A stretch of 64,000 nt of DNA from IMG/VR virus record IMGVR_UViG_3300024999_000002; one strand, given 5' to 3'. Under the pieces are notes generated by a model, which saw nothing but the letters and a program-made list of their open reading frames with translations, was not told where the DNA came from and did not search any database. A program made the translations under genes and the position numbers. Shown here piece by piece: positions 50,763 to 61,591 of the stretch (positions within the stretch are counted from its first letter, which is position 1; every line of letters starts with the position of its first letter). Source of the DNA: a virus.

Positions 50763-53700
50763 TTAACGTAAATTAATGGGTGAAAAGGATGTTTGGATAT
50801 CACTGACCTTTAGCTTACTAATACCGTCATTTGTAAAACTAAGAGTTAGTTTAGCATAATTATCTATAAATCTACCATCATCGCTCTGGTTTCTTATATC
50901 ATTAAATCTCCAAGTTCTAAACCTTCTGATTATATTATCATCAGGTTCTAATAAAATAATACCTGTATCTTGATAGTTATTCTCTAATCTAATAGTAGAA
51001 AATGTTTCATTGGCAATATTGGAAATACCGCTTGTAACCTCAGTAGATAATTCTATTATATCAAGTCTGGTTGCAACCTGTCTAGCAGGATTAAGTATAA
51101 GTTCCAGAGTGGAAGGAGTCTTTAAAGTATTTGTATAATCAGAGGAGTACACCCCATAAAGCCCTGTATTTAAAGCACTACCACTAACATACCAATAAGT
51201 ATCATATGAGTTTTTAAAAACATATGTTTGTCCTTTTTTGTAAGTTCCAAAATCAAAAGTAGTGTCGCTAAAGGATATGAATGTGTTAGTATACTCATTG
51301 TATTTTAAACTCTCTGTTGGAAAGCTAAACATGATTTCCTTAGTTCTAGGGTTGTATATAGTATTTACAGAAGTTAGATCTGCTCTATGCATGTACGCGT
51401 ATAGACCATTTATATCTGATAAAAACTCAAATCCCTCTTTATTCTTTAATCTACATAACTTCTTTAAATCATCGTCAACGAAATATAGGTTACTATCTGT
51501 TCCAATTATGCTATTAGGTAAGGATGTTCCAGCATTAGTACTTACATAATCATATCTTTTTAAGGCCTCGCCCGTACCTATACTTACTGGAACACCGTTA
51601 CCTGTAGTTATAACTTCCCTATCTTCTACTGGTATAATGCCAAAGCCTTTTGTTTGAAAATAAAATAAAGAGTTGTTATGGTTATAAAGTCTAGTTAATG
51701 GTCCAAACTGATTATCTATATCTATGCTATTATTAGGTAAAAATTGTAGCCATGAATCCGCTACTTCTCCATTTGTTTTCTTTTCTGAAACACTGACCCT
51801 TGTAGAATATTCTGTATTTTCTACAAAGTTAATAGGCTTAGAAACAAAACTTTTAGCCCCTGTAGATAAGGAATATACAGGGTTGTATGTATATAAGTCG
51901 TTGGCCTGAATAAAATATTGTGTAGCTGTTCCCCCATTAAGATAAAACTCCCAAGTGCCGGCCTTTTCCCAAAAAGCTGAGTACATAAATCCGTTAGTTA
52001 TAATACTTCCAGAGTTTGAAATATTGTCATCATATGTAGACCATCTAGGATTAGAAGTATAATCTAGATTCAGTTTAGACTCTACTAAGCACTGTACGAC
52101 TTGAGCATATCTATCATCTTCAAATGTAGAACCTGTTCCATCTGCCCACATAGTTCTCATATATTCAAACTTAGTGATGTATGTATCCCCTCCATATACT
52201 GTAATATTTGAAGTATTAATGCTTTGTACTGAAGAACATGGGTAATAAGTTGTATTTGCTATAGTTGATATACTGTATCCTCCATAAGGATAAGTAATCC
52301 TTCGTCTTAATGCATATGCTGGATGATCATTTGCTAAGGTTGCAATAGTTGTGGTAGACACGTCTGATGCTAATTTCATTACCAAAGTAGTTCCTTTATA
52401 CCCCCTACTACCTTCAGGATCAATATGAGAACGTGTTTTTAAAGAGTATCCTCCAAATTCAGAAGAAAGCCCTTGAAGTAGTGTTAAATTACGTTGTGCT
52501 CTAAATAATACAGTAGAATCTATATCAACTATTGCCCCAAAAGTAGAAGATGGAAGTAAAGAAGATAATATAACATTATCAACATCGTAAGCACTTGCGG
52601 TTCCAGTTCGTTTGTTTATGTGAGTACCATTTCCAGAATGAATATCCAATCTGGAATAAGCCCCGTCATTATTTTTATTATAGTTAGTTTCTGCACAAAT
52701 ATACTCAACTATACTTTTAGGAGCAAATGACGCTCCTGTTGATGAATGTAACGCGGGATATATTGCATTAGTTGGAGTTGGGGCTCCATAACCTCCCCAA
52801 TACAATACCGTATCGTCTTTCTGCAAATTCCCTATATACCCACAATCAACTACTGTGGCAGTATCATATGTTCTTTCTGCTCTAACTATTTGATAAGAAA
52901 CTATATCAGGATAAGATTGCAACAGCTCTGTAAAATTAAAAACAAAATTAATTCCTAATATTCTTATATAATCAGTAGCATAAGTAATTCCAAAAGAATT
53001 ACTATTTTCTGAATAGTGGGGCATTCTTATATCTCCAATCCATTTAACAAAACTAGATTGCCCTTTAGAATTAAAAAATATCACTCCAAATCTATATATT
53101 TCATCGCGTTGATACCCCACATTATCATTTTGTAAAGGATCTGAATATCCTATAGATCCATTTACAGACCAGATTCCTAGTCCTGTAACAGGTTCCCTAA
53201 ACTTAATAGTATTAAGTACAAATGTATAAGAAACGTTTGGACCCTGACCTCCAGGTATTCCAGCAGATTCTCCTCTATATCTGTATAAAGCATTTCCTGT
53301 TGTAGGAGACACATCTAAATCTAATTTATTTTTTATAGATAAATTATACTCTGTCTCAGTTGTAGGGTAATTAGGGTAAGTTATATCAATAAATTCGGAA
53401 TCATTTTTATACATTCTAGCAACATGAGAAGAATTAAATCTATATGTTCTGGCATCAAACTCTACATCAAAGTCTTGTTCAGAAATATTACCTACAAATA
53501 AATAATTATATTTACTTGCTATTGTTTTAGGAATTAAAATTAAAGGAGAGGCAATAGTCTCTTCCAGAACAAGAGTTCCAAGTAATTGAGCTCCTGTATG
53601 AGATATCTCTAGACTATCCATTCTAACTCCTTCATATATAATAGTTACTTCTGGTACGGCTGTAGGTGTTGTATAGAACATAGAGATTACTCTAATGTAT

Positions 53701-54449
53701 TGAAAATTTGTATTTGAATCATTAACGCTTATCTCTATCCCGCTTGTAGTTTCTGTGCCCACTACACTTCCTTGGAAGGCTGTAGAAGAGATTGTTAGTC
53801 CTGTTTCTGATACTTGAATAAATTGAGATAATGGGGAATAACAACTCTGCCCAGCATTTTGATTGTATAAACAATATGCATATTGATAAACTCCGGCCTT
53901 TAAGTTTCCGCTTATAAGTCTATTATATGTGGGAGTTGTGAATACAACATCTTGATTAATTTCAAATTGAGTGGTAATATATCCAGACACATCTAAAGCA
54001 AGATTACAGAACCTTATAGGATTTTGGCCGTCTACCCAATATACCTTTCTAATTAAAGGAGTTTCTTCCCTAGCTATTACTTCTACTCTGTCACCAAAGT
54101 CGAAATCTTTTCTAGCTACTAGGTAGGTATCTCCATCTAAACTAATACTTCCAATAGCTAAATCCGTGAATAATAATTCATGAATTTCTCCAACAACCCC
54201 AGCACACTGTATAAAGAATATAATACTAATAGAAGTTTCACCAAATCCTACAATCTTTTTATCAACATTGTTAACATCATAAATTAACTTAGTAGTTACC
54301 CCTTTAGAATTAGTCAAAGTAGCAGAAGAAAGGTCTTCTGCTACTACTATATCAAAATTTCTAGCATCATAGTAGTGTGTATTTTTATAACTCGTTACTA
54401 CCGTATCTTTATCTATCCCCTCTAAAAAGGTATTTATGTGTTTAGCCAT
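50763..54449 (-). CDS. 1228-aa virion structural protein (tail or baseplate-like, beta-rich)
   Basis: Large S/T/N/Y-rich ORF in the structural arm. Confidence 0.55.
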   Translation of the reverse strand: MAKHINTFLEGIDKDTVVTSYKNTHYYDARNFDIVVAEDLSSATLTNSKGVTTKLIYDVNNVDKKIVGFGETSISIIFFIQCAGVVGEIHELLFTDLAIGSISLDGDTYLVARKDFDFGDRVEVIAREETPLIRKVYWVDGQNPIRFCNLALDVSGYITTQFEINQDVVFTTPTYNRLISGNLKAGVYQYAYCLYNQNAGQSCYSPLSQFIQVSETGLTISSTAFQGSVVGTETTSGIEISVNDSNTNFQYIRVISMFYTTPTAVPEVTIIYEGVRMDSLEISHTGAQLLGTLVLEETIASPLILIPKTIASKYNYLFVGNISEQDFDVEFDARTYRFNSSHVARMYKNDSEFIDITYPNYPTTETEYNLSIKNKLDLDVSPTTGNALYRYRGESAGIPGGQGPNVSYTFVLNTIKFREPVTGLGIWSVNGSIGYSDPLQNDNVGYQRDEIYRFGVIFFNSKGQSSFVKWIGDIRMPHYSENSNSFGITYATDYIRILGINFVFNFTELLQSYPDIVSYQIVRAERTYDTATVVDCGYIGNLQKDDTVLYWGGYGAPTPTNAIYPALHSSTGASFAPKSIVEYICAETNYNKNNDGAYSRLDIHSGNGTHINKRTGTASAYDVDNVILSSLLPSSTFGAIVDIDSTVLFRAQRNLTLLQGLSSEFGGYSLKTRSHIDPEGSRGYKGTTLVMKLASDVSTTTIATLANDHPAYALRRRITYPYGGYSISTIANTTYYPCSSVQSINTSNITVYGGDTYITKFEYMRTMWADGTGSTFEDDRYAQVVQCLVESKLNLDYTSNPRWSTYDDNISNSGSIITNGFMYSAFWEKAGTWEFYLNGGTATQYFIQANDLYTYNPVYSLSTGAKSFVSKPINFVENTEYSTRVSVSEKKTNGEVADSWLQFLPNNSIDIDNQFGPLTRLYNHNNSLFYFQTKGFGIIPVEDREVITTGNGVPVSIGTGEALKRYDYVSTNAGTSLPNSIIGTDSNLYFVDDDLKKLCRLKNKEGFEFLSDINGLYAYMHRADLTSVNTIYNPRTKEIMFSFPTESLKYNEYTNTFISFSDTTFDFGTYKKGQTYVFKNSYDTYWYVSGSALNTGLYGVYSSDYTNTLKTPSTLELILNPARQVATRLDIIELSTEVTSGISNIANETFSTIRLENNYQDTGIILLEPDDNIIRRFRTWRFNDIRNQSDDGRFIDNYAKLTLSFTNDGISKLKVSDIQTSFSPINLR

Positions 54450-54450
54450 T

Positions 54451-55272
54451 TTACATCTTATTTAAATGTTCGCCTCTATTTATTTCTCTAAAACCATTCT
54501 TCCATTGATCAGGTTTAGGAACAAGTCTGTGTAGACTTCTCTTGATACTTTCCATACCATCTTCCCCAACCATTTTAATTCTATTTTGCGCACTACCAAC
54601 AGCCCAAGATAATTCATCTTGAAACCAATTCTTTTTAGTCTCAGTCATCTTATCTTGTAGCCATAACCTAACTGCTATATTGGTAGCTATATGTAGTACC
54701 ACCATTCTCATTACCTTAGGATCATCTGGAACTTTTGGGGTGCCATCATCCCACATAGGAAATCCTAGATAGGCTACCTGCAAAGTTATATTACTAACTC
54801 CACACCAGATATATCCATTATCAATAGAGTAGGTCCACTCTTGTAAAGAAGGTAAATCTATTGTAGGTACGAACTCTATAAAGGTAGTGGGCACATCAAT
54901 CTGTTCTACCACATTATCCCCTATACCTGTAGTTGTTATATTAATACTCTGACCTTGAACTATTGCCTCACCTAAGGCATTATAAGTTGTAAAGTTTTTG
55001 CTAAAGTATCTATCTGTAGTTGGGAGCAAGGGCTTCTTTGATTCAGCGTCTCTACACCCAATAAATCTATAAATATCTCCGGGAAGTAATCCCCTGTTAT
55101 CAGTAATAACTACATCCTCAATGGAGGGCACAAGAACTTCATCCCTACCAAAATATCCAATACAGTCCCAGATCCACTCCTTTGCCTCATCAGCATATAC
55201 ATCAGAAAATCCAAAATCCCTTTGAACCCTCTCTAATACTTCGCGTATGTGTGTGTATTTTCCGTTGAACAT
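54451..55272 (-). CDS. Structural-module hypothetical protein
   Basis: 273-aa ORF with 1-nt gaps to its neighbours. Confidence 0.55.
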   Translation of the reverse strand: MFNGKYTHIREVLERVQRDFGFSDVYADEAKEWIWDCIGYFGRDEVLVPSIEDVVITDNRGLLPGDIYRFIGCRDAESKKPLLPTTDRYFSKNFTTYNALGEAIVQGQSINITTTGIGDNVVEQIDVPTTFIEFVPTIDLPSLQEWTYSIDNGYIWCGVSNITLQVAYLGFPMWDDGTPKVPDDPKVMRMVVLHIATNIAVRLWLQDKMTETKKNWFQDELSWAVGSAQNRIKMVGEDGMESIKRSLHRLVPKPDQWKNGFREINRGEHLNKM

Positions 55273-55273
55273 A

Positions 55274-55801
55274 TTATCTCCCGTAATAATTTAATTTCTT
55301 TGTTGTATTTATATAATCCGCCAACTTACGTTGCCACTTTCTAATAGGCTCAAATGAGTAGTGTGTGTGATGCTTAAAATTACAAGTGGATTTATCCCAG
55401 TGATACCTTAGCACCTTTCCATCTACATGATCATTTGTATAATATACAATTGGCTTATCTTTTATTTCTTTTATTTCTGTAGGAGTTTTACCGGGATATA
55501 TCTTAGCCCAAAGCTTTACTGTATCCCCCCAATTCTTCCACATTCTTACAGTTCCGTCCTTCCTTAATGTCAATGCATCACACACTATCTCTACGCGAAG
55601 AGAACCAAATCTACATGGCATATAAAACTCTAAATTGTTATATATGACTAACTGCATTCTTATCTCAATGAACTCTTCCCAAACCTTCCAAAAGGTTTTA
55701 TAATCCACGGCAGACTCCCCCTGCTTTTGTTTATAGTGCCTATATATTTCCTTAGATTTATAATCAGCTATTATCTTTCTGTCTCCTCTAGGAAAGTGCA
55801 T
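55274..55801 (-). CDS. Structural-module hypothetical protein
   Basis: 175-aa ORF. Confidence 0.55.
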   Translation of the reverse strand: MHFPRGDRKIIADYKSKEIYRHYKQKQGESAVDYKTFWKVWEEFIEIRMQLVIYNNLEFYMPCRFGSLRVEIVCDALTLRKDGTVRMWKNWGDTVKLWAKIYPGKTPTEIKEIKDKPIVYYTNDHVDGKVLRYHWDKSTCNFKHHTHYSFEPIRKWQRKLADYINTTKKLNYYGR

Positions 55802-55802
55802 A

Positions 55803-56510
55803 TTATTTCTTTACTCCGGGATTAACTATATCATCATGTCCGTTAGCTTTATTATCCTCAAAAGGAGTCATAACAAATTTAAATTTCTTATCCATTATGA
55901 TATTTTGTAAGTCCATCACAATAGATTCACTAACAGGGTACTCCATATCATCTGTCCAAGGTACGCCAGCATGGCTTGTGTTAAAAGTGTAGGCATCCTC
56001 AGGATTTGCAAATATCCCTTTAACATGTAGCTCTTTAATATATTTGTGAATGTTTGTCTTACTAATTATAAACAAGTACCCATCATGTACAAAGGTGTAA
56101 ATGTCATTCTGATTGAATTTACCATTCCCAGATACCAAAGCTCTTTCATAAGATACCAAGTTAAATTTAAGTTCTAGTAAGTCTGCTGAAGCAATTCTAG
56201 TAAAAGTCCCTATATTACCTTTCCTATTTATAGTGACAGGTATCCGTGCTGTACTTCTCATCATATATTTATCAGAAGTATGTGTTCCTACTGAACTATC
56301 CACAGGGGCCATAGTAACCTTACCCAAGTCTTGAACAAGATGCTCGTCAATAATCATCATGTTGTCGTCAAGTCTTTGCTTAACTAATACAGCACGTGCT
56401 TGTTGAACCCAAGTTTTAAATAATCTGATATCAATACTATCTGTTACTTTATATGTGCCGCGATAAAGTTCTGATAACTCATACCCGAGCATGTTAAGTG
56501 ATCTTACCAT
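55803..56510 (-). CDS. Structural-module hypothetical protein
   Basis: 235-aa ORF. Confidence 0.55.
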   Translation of the reverse strand: MVRSLNMLGYELSELYRGTYKVTDSIDIRLFKTWVQQARAVLVKQRLDDNMMIIDEHLVQDLGKVTMAPVDSSVGTHTSDKYMMRSTARIPVTINRKGNIGTFTRIASADLLELKFNLVSYERALVSGNGKFNQNDIYTFVHDGYLFIISKTNIHKYIKELHVKGIFANPEDAYTFNTSHAGVPWTDDMEYPVSESIVMDLQNIIMDKKFKFVMTPFEDNKANGHDDIVNPGVKK

Positions 56511-57067
56511 AATTTTATTCTATTAAGATTTACTAAAACCCCAACTGTGGTTTCTTTTCTAACTATCTCGTAACTACCAAAATAACTCATTTTACCTTTA
56601 TTGTCAAATAGCACGATAGGGGCCAACCCTTTAAAATTGGTTGAACCCCCGATGTACCATTGGTTTTTAGGGCTACTAATTATTTGTGTAGTAACCTTTT
56701 TACTTTGTAAACTATACTTTTGCTTGTAATCAAATACTTTGTTTTGAGTTACTTTAAAAGAAGTATTAACATATCCAACACTGTCAACTATTAGACTATC
56801 TTTGAAATAATTCTTTGTGTAGTATTCTTTATTTAGCTCTTTATACTTTCTAATTAACTCGGCAGTATCTGCCGGAATTTTGAATGTATCTATCACAGGA
56901 ACTTCTACAGCATATGGAACCAACTTAGGTCTATATACTATGCTATCTTTCTTTACAATAGAAACTACAGTCTTAACAACTAAGACTTTATCCGGAAAGA
57001 ATTTTCTCTGTACAAGAACTATACCTACGATGATAAGTCCTATAATGACAATATTATACCACTTCAT
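56504..57067 (-). CDS. N-terminally membrane-anchored protein next to the endolysin (possible spanin-like or lysis accessory)
   Basis: WYNIVIIGLIIVGIVLV anchor; overlaps the endolysin gene by 4 nt. Confidence 0.4.
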   Translation of the reverse strand: MKWYNIVIIGLIIVGIVLVQRKFFPDKVLVVKTVVSIVKKDSIVYRPKLVPYAVEVPVIDTFKIPADTAELIRKYKELNKEYYTKNYFKDSLIVDSVGYVNTSFKVTQNKVFDYKQKYSLQSKKVTTQIISSPKNQWYIGGSTNFKGLAPIVLFDNKGKMSYFGSYEIVRKETTVGVLVNLNRIKLW

Positions 57068-57465
57068 TTAATGTATATTACTTGTTGTTTTAAATCATTA
57101 CTGTCATAACTTACATGCACCCAAGATAAATTATACTCGTTAATAAGTTGTTTAAATTTATACTTCTTTAAAGCCTCAAACAACTTTGCATTGTCTTGAC
57201 AAATAATGTCTGCTGCAAACCCTTTCATGTGATCACTTCCTTTAGCCCCTTTAGCAATTTCATTTAATCTAAGGCATCTATATCCTGATGTGATAGTTAA
57301 TGTAAATCCTAATTCTTCTCTAACAGGCTGAAGAACATACATACACAGATCCCTTAAGTTATTTATAACTGTTTCTCCGGGTTGGTATTGTTCAATAATA
57401 TGATGTTCATCCGCCATAGGGCTTTTTAAGAACTCCTCAAGAGTAAAGTTTTTAGACAGGTTCAT
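57064..57465 (-). CDS. Peptidase M15-family endolysin (zinc D-Ala-D-Ala / L-Ala-D-Glu peptidase type)
   Basis: TSGYRCLRLNEIAKGAKGSDHMKGFAADI matches the SGYR...N...S.H..G.A.D motif. Confidence 0.8.
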   Translation of the reverse strand: MNLSKNFTLEEFLKSPMADEHHIIEQYQPGETVINNLRDLCMYVLQPVREELGFTLTITSGYRCLRLNEIAKGAKGSDHMKGFAADIICQDNAKLFEALKKYKFKQLINEYNLSWVHVSYDSNDLKQQVIYIK

Positions 57466-57661
57466 CTGTTGTAAATTTAGATATACCTTTAAATACTACA
57501 ATAGCGGTATTCAATCCAAATAGCACCCAACTAATTTGGGTTGTTGTTAGAGGCATTGCAATAATTGCACCATTCATTAAAGGTAAGCAGTACAATAACC
57601 AGTCGGCTATTGCCTTTAATTTCCTATTGTCTGGCTTTTTTAAATTATCAATCATAACCAT
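57452..57661 (-). CDS. Holin candidate (69 aa, two hydrophobic helices)
   Basis: LLYCLPLMNGAIIAMPL and ISWVLFGLNTAIVVF; overlaps the endolysin start. Confidence 0.45.
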   Translation of the reverse strand: MVMIDNLKKPDNRKLKAIADWLLYCLPLMNGAIIAMPLTTTQISWVLFGLNTAIVVFKGISKFTTDEPV

Positions 57662-57664
57662 AGT

Positions 57665-58192
57665 TTAAGTCTCCATATCAATTATGGAAGTTAATAAATC
57701 AATTGTCTCTGATTTAAATGGTGAAGGCTTGCCTAGTTTAATGTAAACATTTTCTACCCCTTCAATTACTGAGTAAGGTATTGTCAATACTTCATAAGGA
57801 GTTTCTTTATCTAAAAGATCAACAAATTCTTTCTGTAGTCTATCTCTTTCAGCTATAGCCTCCTTTTCAATTTCTTGAAATTCTTTAATATCTGCCAATC
57901 TTAGTACCTCCACATCCTTACTGAATGAGTATCTATTATTAGTTATGATTGGTTCACCGTTATCATTTTTTGTACAGTGTTTTAAATTAATATCATTAAC
58001 TAATTTATCAATACGTTCCCATTCTTCTGTTTTAGAATAAGACTGGGCATCAGTAATATACTCGGCGATGCTCCTAGATAATTTACCCCTGTATATACCT
58101 AGTTGTACCCCAGATATACCATTCAAATCTTGTAACCCTTTACTGATATTAAAGAGTTCATAATACTTAATCTTTTTGCTTTTGTTTTCCAT
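57665..58192 (-). CDS. Hypothetical protein
   Basis: 175-aa ORF, first gene after the promoter at 58217-58248. Confidence 0.5.
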   Translation of the reverse strand: MENKSKKIKYYELFNISKGLQDLNGISGVQLGIYRGKLSRSIAEYITDAQSYSKTEEWERIDKLVNDINLKHCTKNDNGEPIITNNRYSFSKDVEVLRLADIKEFQEIEKEAIAERDRLQKEFVDLLDKETPYEVLTIPYSVIEGVENVYIKLGKPSPFKSETIDLLTSIIDMET

Positions 58193-58216
58193 TGCTATAG
58201 TTTTTTAAAATTTTTA

Positions 58217-58248
58217 CAAATTTACAATGTTATTTTAAGAATTCCAAA
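58217..58248 (-). promoter_or_regulatory. Host-type promoter upstream of the 57665-58192 / lysis genes
   Basis: Minus strand: TTTG-N20-TAAATTTG, 24 nt before ATG; the spacer TTTGGAATTCTTAAAATAA resembles that of the 50727-50758 promoter. Confidence 0.5.
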
Positions 58249-58280
58249 TAATTATACATATTTTATAATTAGTCTACTTT

Positions 58281-61200
58281 TTAAAATTTAATTACATGTC
58301 CAGACACTGCGGTAATAACTCCTGCATAAGGAGAGGTCGCTTTTAAAATTAGAGCGTTTGTATTAGAAAAAGTATAGCCTGTCCAAGCATAATAATTTTG
58401 ACTAATTGTAGTATTTGCGTATAATCCACTTATTATTACTCTAACTATACTTGAAGAGGCTCTAATCATAGTAATTTTTATAGTACATGGAGATGTGCTT
58501 GAAAAATCTTGTTCAAAACTGGTAAAAGAGTTCCCACCAAAGGTAATTGTAAATGTTCCAACTACTGTTGAACTTATAACATACTGTGCTTCTATAATAT
58601 CTCCGTCTGCTAATAAAGTATTAGCAGGTACTGTATAACTATATAATGTAGTTAGACCTGTTCCTGATGTAGAAGCACTTGTATAAAAAGTAGCAAGTTT
58701 AGAAAATCCTTCTGCTGGAGCAGCTCCATAACTAAGCTCTTTTGTAGAAGAATCATAATATACAACATCTGCTTTAGTAGCAGAAGTTAGTTGTGTGACA
58801 TATACCTTAGAGTTAAGATATAATTCTTGACTGGCGGGAGTAGCATTGAATACACCATATATTAATGAGTTAGTTCTGCCTAAAGCCTCTGTAGTTCTAT
58901 CCTGATTATCTATAAAAAATTTATTAGAAGCTGTTTCTCTAGCACCAGCATAATAGCCTATAGCTACATTACTAGAACCTGTTGAATTATAATACCCTGC
59001 TCCTACTCCTAAGAATGTATTTTTAATACCTGATAAATTAGTTGTTCCTGAAGAAACTCCAAAGAAAGAATTCTCTGACCCTGTTGTATTAGTATACCCT
59101 GAATAATATCCCACAAATGTATTAGAGTTAGCCCTTGAGTTAAATCCACTTAAAGATCCTAAATATGTACTATAAGATTGAGTACTTGTTAATAATCCAG
59201 CCTTATATCCAATTGCGGTATTATTTGTTCCAGTAGAATTTGTATAACCAGCTTGATACCCTGAAAAAGTATTTTCAGATCCTGTACTTGTTAAGTATCC
59301 AGATTCATATCCAACAAAAGTATTATACCTTGCTGCCCCTTGATTTTCTGTAAATCCCGCACTTATTCCTAATTTACTACTAAAAGTAGTAGCGTTAGTT
59401 TCTATATTACTTCCTTTTATTACTCCCAAAGAAGTTAGATTATTAGTACTCTTGTTAAATACTAATCCAGAATCCCCTCCTAATACCCCCCCGTCATTAA
59501 ATTGTACATATGTATCACTTCCCCCAATTTGTAATAAAGCTAATGCATCAAAAACAGCATTTTGGGATGGTGCTACTGTAGTAACTCCATCGGTTATACT
59601 ATCTGCTACTTTACCATCAGCATATGTTTTAACCGCTTTTGAACTACTTATCTTTGTATCAGAGTCTGTAAGAGTTGTTTCTAATGCAGCCCCCGATAAT
59701 AAACTTACATTAAGATTACTGACTACTGTAGTACTAGTTATTATAAGTGGAGCCGTTCCATCTGCTATATTAGATATTAATTGACTTCCTGTAAAAGTTC
59801 CTGTAACTGAAGCATTGCCAGTATAACTGATATCCGATCCCAATGCTGTTCCGTCCCAATGATAATAATCTCCAATACCACTATTTAAGTCAGCTAACGA
59901 ATTATGTAAATTTCCCGCACTATTTCCTCTAATTACCCAAACATCATCTGTAATATTATATGACCAATCATATCCAGCATCTCCGTTCTTATCTATTCCT
60001 ACTGCAACTGTGGCAGGTGCTGTAGCAGTAGAAGAATCATATACTATCCTAAACTCTCCTGCACTAGTTACATACTGAACCAAATCATTACTTCCTAATG
60101 CTAACGCATCTCCATTTAATTTCTTATCTATGGTACCAAAGTTAGCATGAATACTTCCTGAGTTCATAATGATATATCTATCCCCATCTACAGGAACAGC
60201 TCCTGGATCAAATCCATTATCTACTACCATTCTAATTACAGAGTCTAAAAAGTCTCCTGTAGCAGGTATAGTAATCCATGCTCCATCACTTCTTAAATAT
60301 TTACCAGTATCATTAGCTAATTTGGGTAAAAAGCCATGTTTAGTTACAGAAGCATTATTAGTAGTGATATCTGTAAATGTAATATTAGCATCTGTTAAAT
60401 AAGATATTATTTTATCTGCTGACCACAAATCTGTATTAGCTACTCCAGCATCATTAATACTTCTATGGTTAGCTACAGTATAATTAAGTAAAGAGTTATG
60501 ATCAATTCCTCCATCAATAGTAGATATTATTCCCCCAGATATTGTAACAGTAGTTTCATCTCCTACTAAAGAATCCATCTTACCATTAAATATATTCCAG
60601 TCAGCCGCAGTTAAATATCCAGATTGTGCTGTAGTGGCAGGTACTGTAATGATGGCATTTATTACCGAACTAATATGATATCCATCTGAATGTCCAGGTA
60701 AATTTGTAAGGGATAAATGGGATTTGGTTCCTAAATCAGCTATGCTTTTTATGGCAATTCTGGCATCAAATAAAGTATCAAAACTACTAGATAATCCTGA
60801 ACTAAAATCAGATATTTGAGATGTAGTAATAGTTATAGCAGCTTCATGTGCGGTAACATCGGCTTCTGTAACAACGTAGTCTGTTATGAAACCAGCATCA
60901 TTAGTATAATTAGACAATGCCTTGTTTAATGTGAATATTCCCGTTGCAGAAGAGTATGTTAAGGGGGTTCCGGCAAAAGATGAAACTTGCAGTCTAGCTT
61001 GTGTCCAATCAATATCTCCACCAATAGCTGATGCTACAGAATCATCTACATATTTTTTAGTTGTTAAAGTAGTATTTCCTACTATGGCTAGTTGTGTAGT
61101 ATATCCTATTAATGCATCAAAAGTACCACCTATGGATTTAGGTACATAATCAGTTATAGTACCCCCGCCTGTTCCACCACCTATAGGATCTACAAATACA

Positions 61201-61310
61201 TAAGATCTCTCACTTTTAGAAAGATCTTCTGGATTAATATCTACAGGTATACCTCCTTGGTAAGTACTTGCTCCGCCAAATACAAAAGATGATTTGTTCT
61301 TACTAAGCAT
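58281..61310 (-). CDS. Tail fibre or tail spike protein (1009 aa)
   Basis: G/S/T/N-rich with internal 17-residue repeats and fibre-like motifs (SKAVKTYADGKV, PSQNAVFDAL). Confidence 0.6.
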   Translation of the reverse strand: MLSKNKSSFVFGGASTYQGGIPVDINPEDLSKSERSYVFVDPIGGGTGGGTITDYVPKSIGGTFDALIGYTTQLAIVGNTTLTTKKYVDDSVASAIGGDIDWTQARLQVSSFAGTPLTYSSATGIFTLNKALSNYTNDAGFITDYVVTEADVTAHEAAITITTSQISDFSSGLSSSFDTLFDARIAIKSIADLGTKSHLSLTNLPGHSDGYHISSVINAIITVPATTAQSGYLTAADWNIFNGKMDSLVGDETTVTISGGIISTIDGGIDHNSLLNYTVANHRSINDAGVANTDLWSADKIISYLTDANITFTDITTNNASVTKHGFLPKLANDTGKYLRSDGAWITIPATGDFLDSVIRMVVDNGFDPGAVPVDGDRYIIMNSGSIHANFGTIDKKLNGDALALGSNDLVQYVTSAGEFRIVYDSSTATAPATVAVGIDKNGDAGYDWSYNITDDVWVIRGNSAGNLHNSLADLNSGIGDYYHWDGTALGSDISYTGNASVTGTFTGSQLISNIADGTAPLIITSTTVVSNLNVSLLSGAALETTLTDSDTKISSSKAVKTYADGKVADSITDGVTTVAPSQNAVFDALALLQIGGSDTYVQFNDGGVLGGDSGLVFNKSTNNLTSLGVIKGSNIETNATTFSSKLGISAGFTENQGAARYNTFVGYESGYLTSTGSENTFSGYQAGYTNSTGTNNTAIGYKAGLLTSTQSYSTYLGSLSGFNSRANSNTFVGYYSGYTNTTGSENSFFGVSSGTTNLSGIKNTFLGVGAGYYNSTGSSNVAIGYYAGARETASNKFFIDNQDRTTEALGRTNSLIYGVFNATPASQELYLNSKVYVTQLTSATKADVVYYDSSTKELSYGAAPAEGFSKLATFYTSASTSGTGLTTLYSYTVPANTLLADGDIIEAQYVISSTVVGTFTITFGGNSFTSFEQDFSSTSPCTIKITMIRASSSIVRVIISGLYANTTISQNYYAWTGYTFSNTNALILKATSPYAGVITAVSGHVIKF
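58941..59327 (-). repeat. About 7.5 tandem copies of a 17-residue repeat NTxxGYxAGYxNTTGSx within the tail fibre
   Basis: NTFVGYESGYLTSTGSE / NTFSGYQAGYTNSTGTN / NTAIGYKAGLLTSTQSY / ... / NVAIGYYAGA (residues 662-790). Confidence 0.55.
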
Positions 61311-61590
61311 AATAATGTGATTGAAAAGTATTAAATAATTTAGTAGCTTCCGCTATTATAGTCTGTACTTCACTTTCTGAAATAGGAGATTCATCATCTC
61401 TAACATATTCAGGAATATTAGCATAGTACTCTAATACCTGAATGTATAAGTCTGTAGCCTTAAATATTTCTCTTTGACGCGCACCCGTTATCAAACTACC
61501 TATTGCCATCTTATTAAAATAGATGGAATAACAAGTAAGATGTTGCACTTTTAAAGATGTAATAACATCAGAAAGTTCTAAGTCAGTCAT
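61303..61590 (-). CDS. Hypothetical protein
   Basis: 95-aa ORF overlapping the fibre gene start by 8 nt. Confidence 0.45.
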   Translation of the reverse strand: MTDLELSDVITSLKVQHLTCYSIYFNKMAIGSLITGARQREIFKATDLYIQVLEYYANIPEYVRDDESPISESEVQTIIAEATKLFNTFQSHYYA

Positions 61591-61591
61591 G

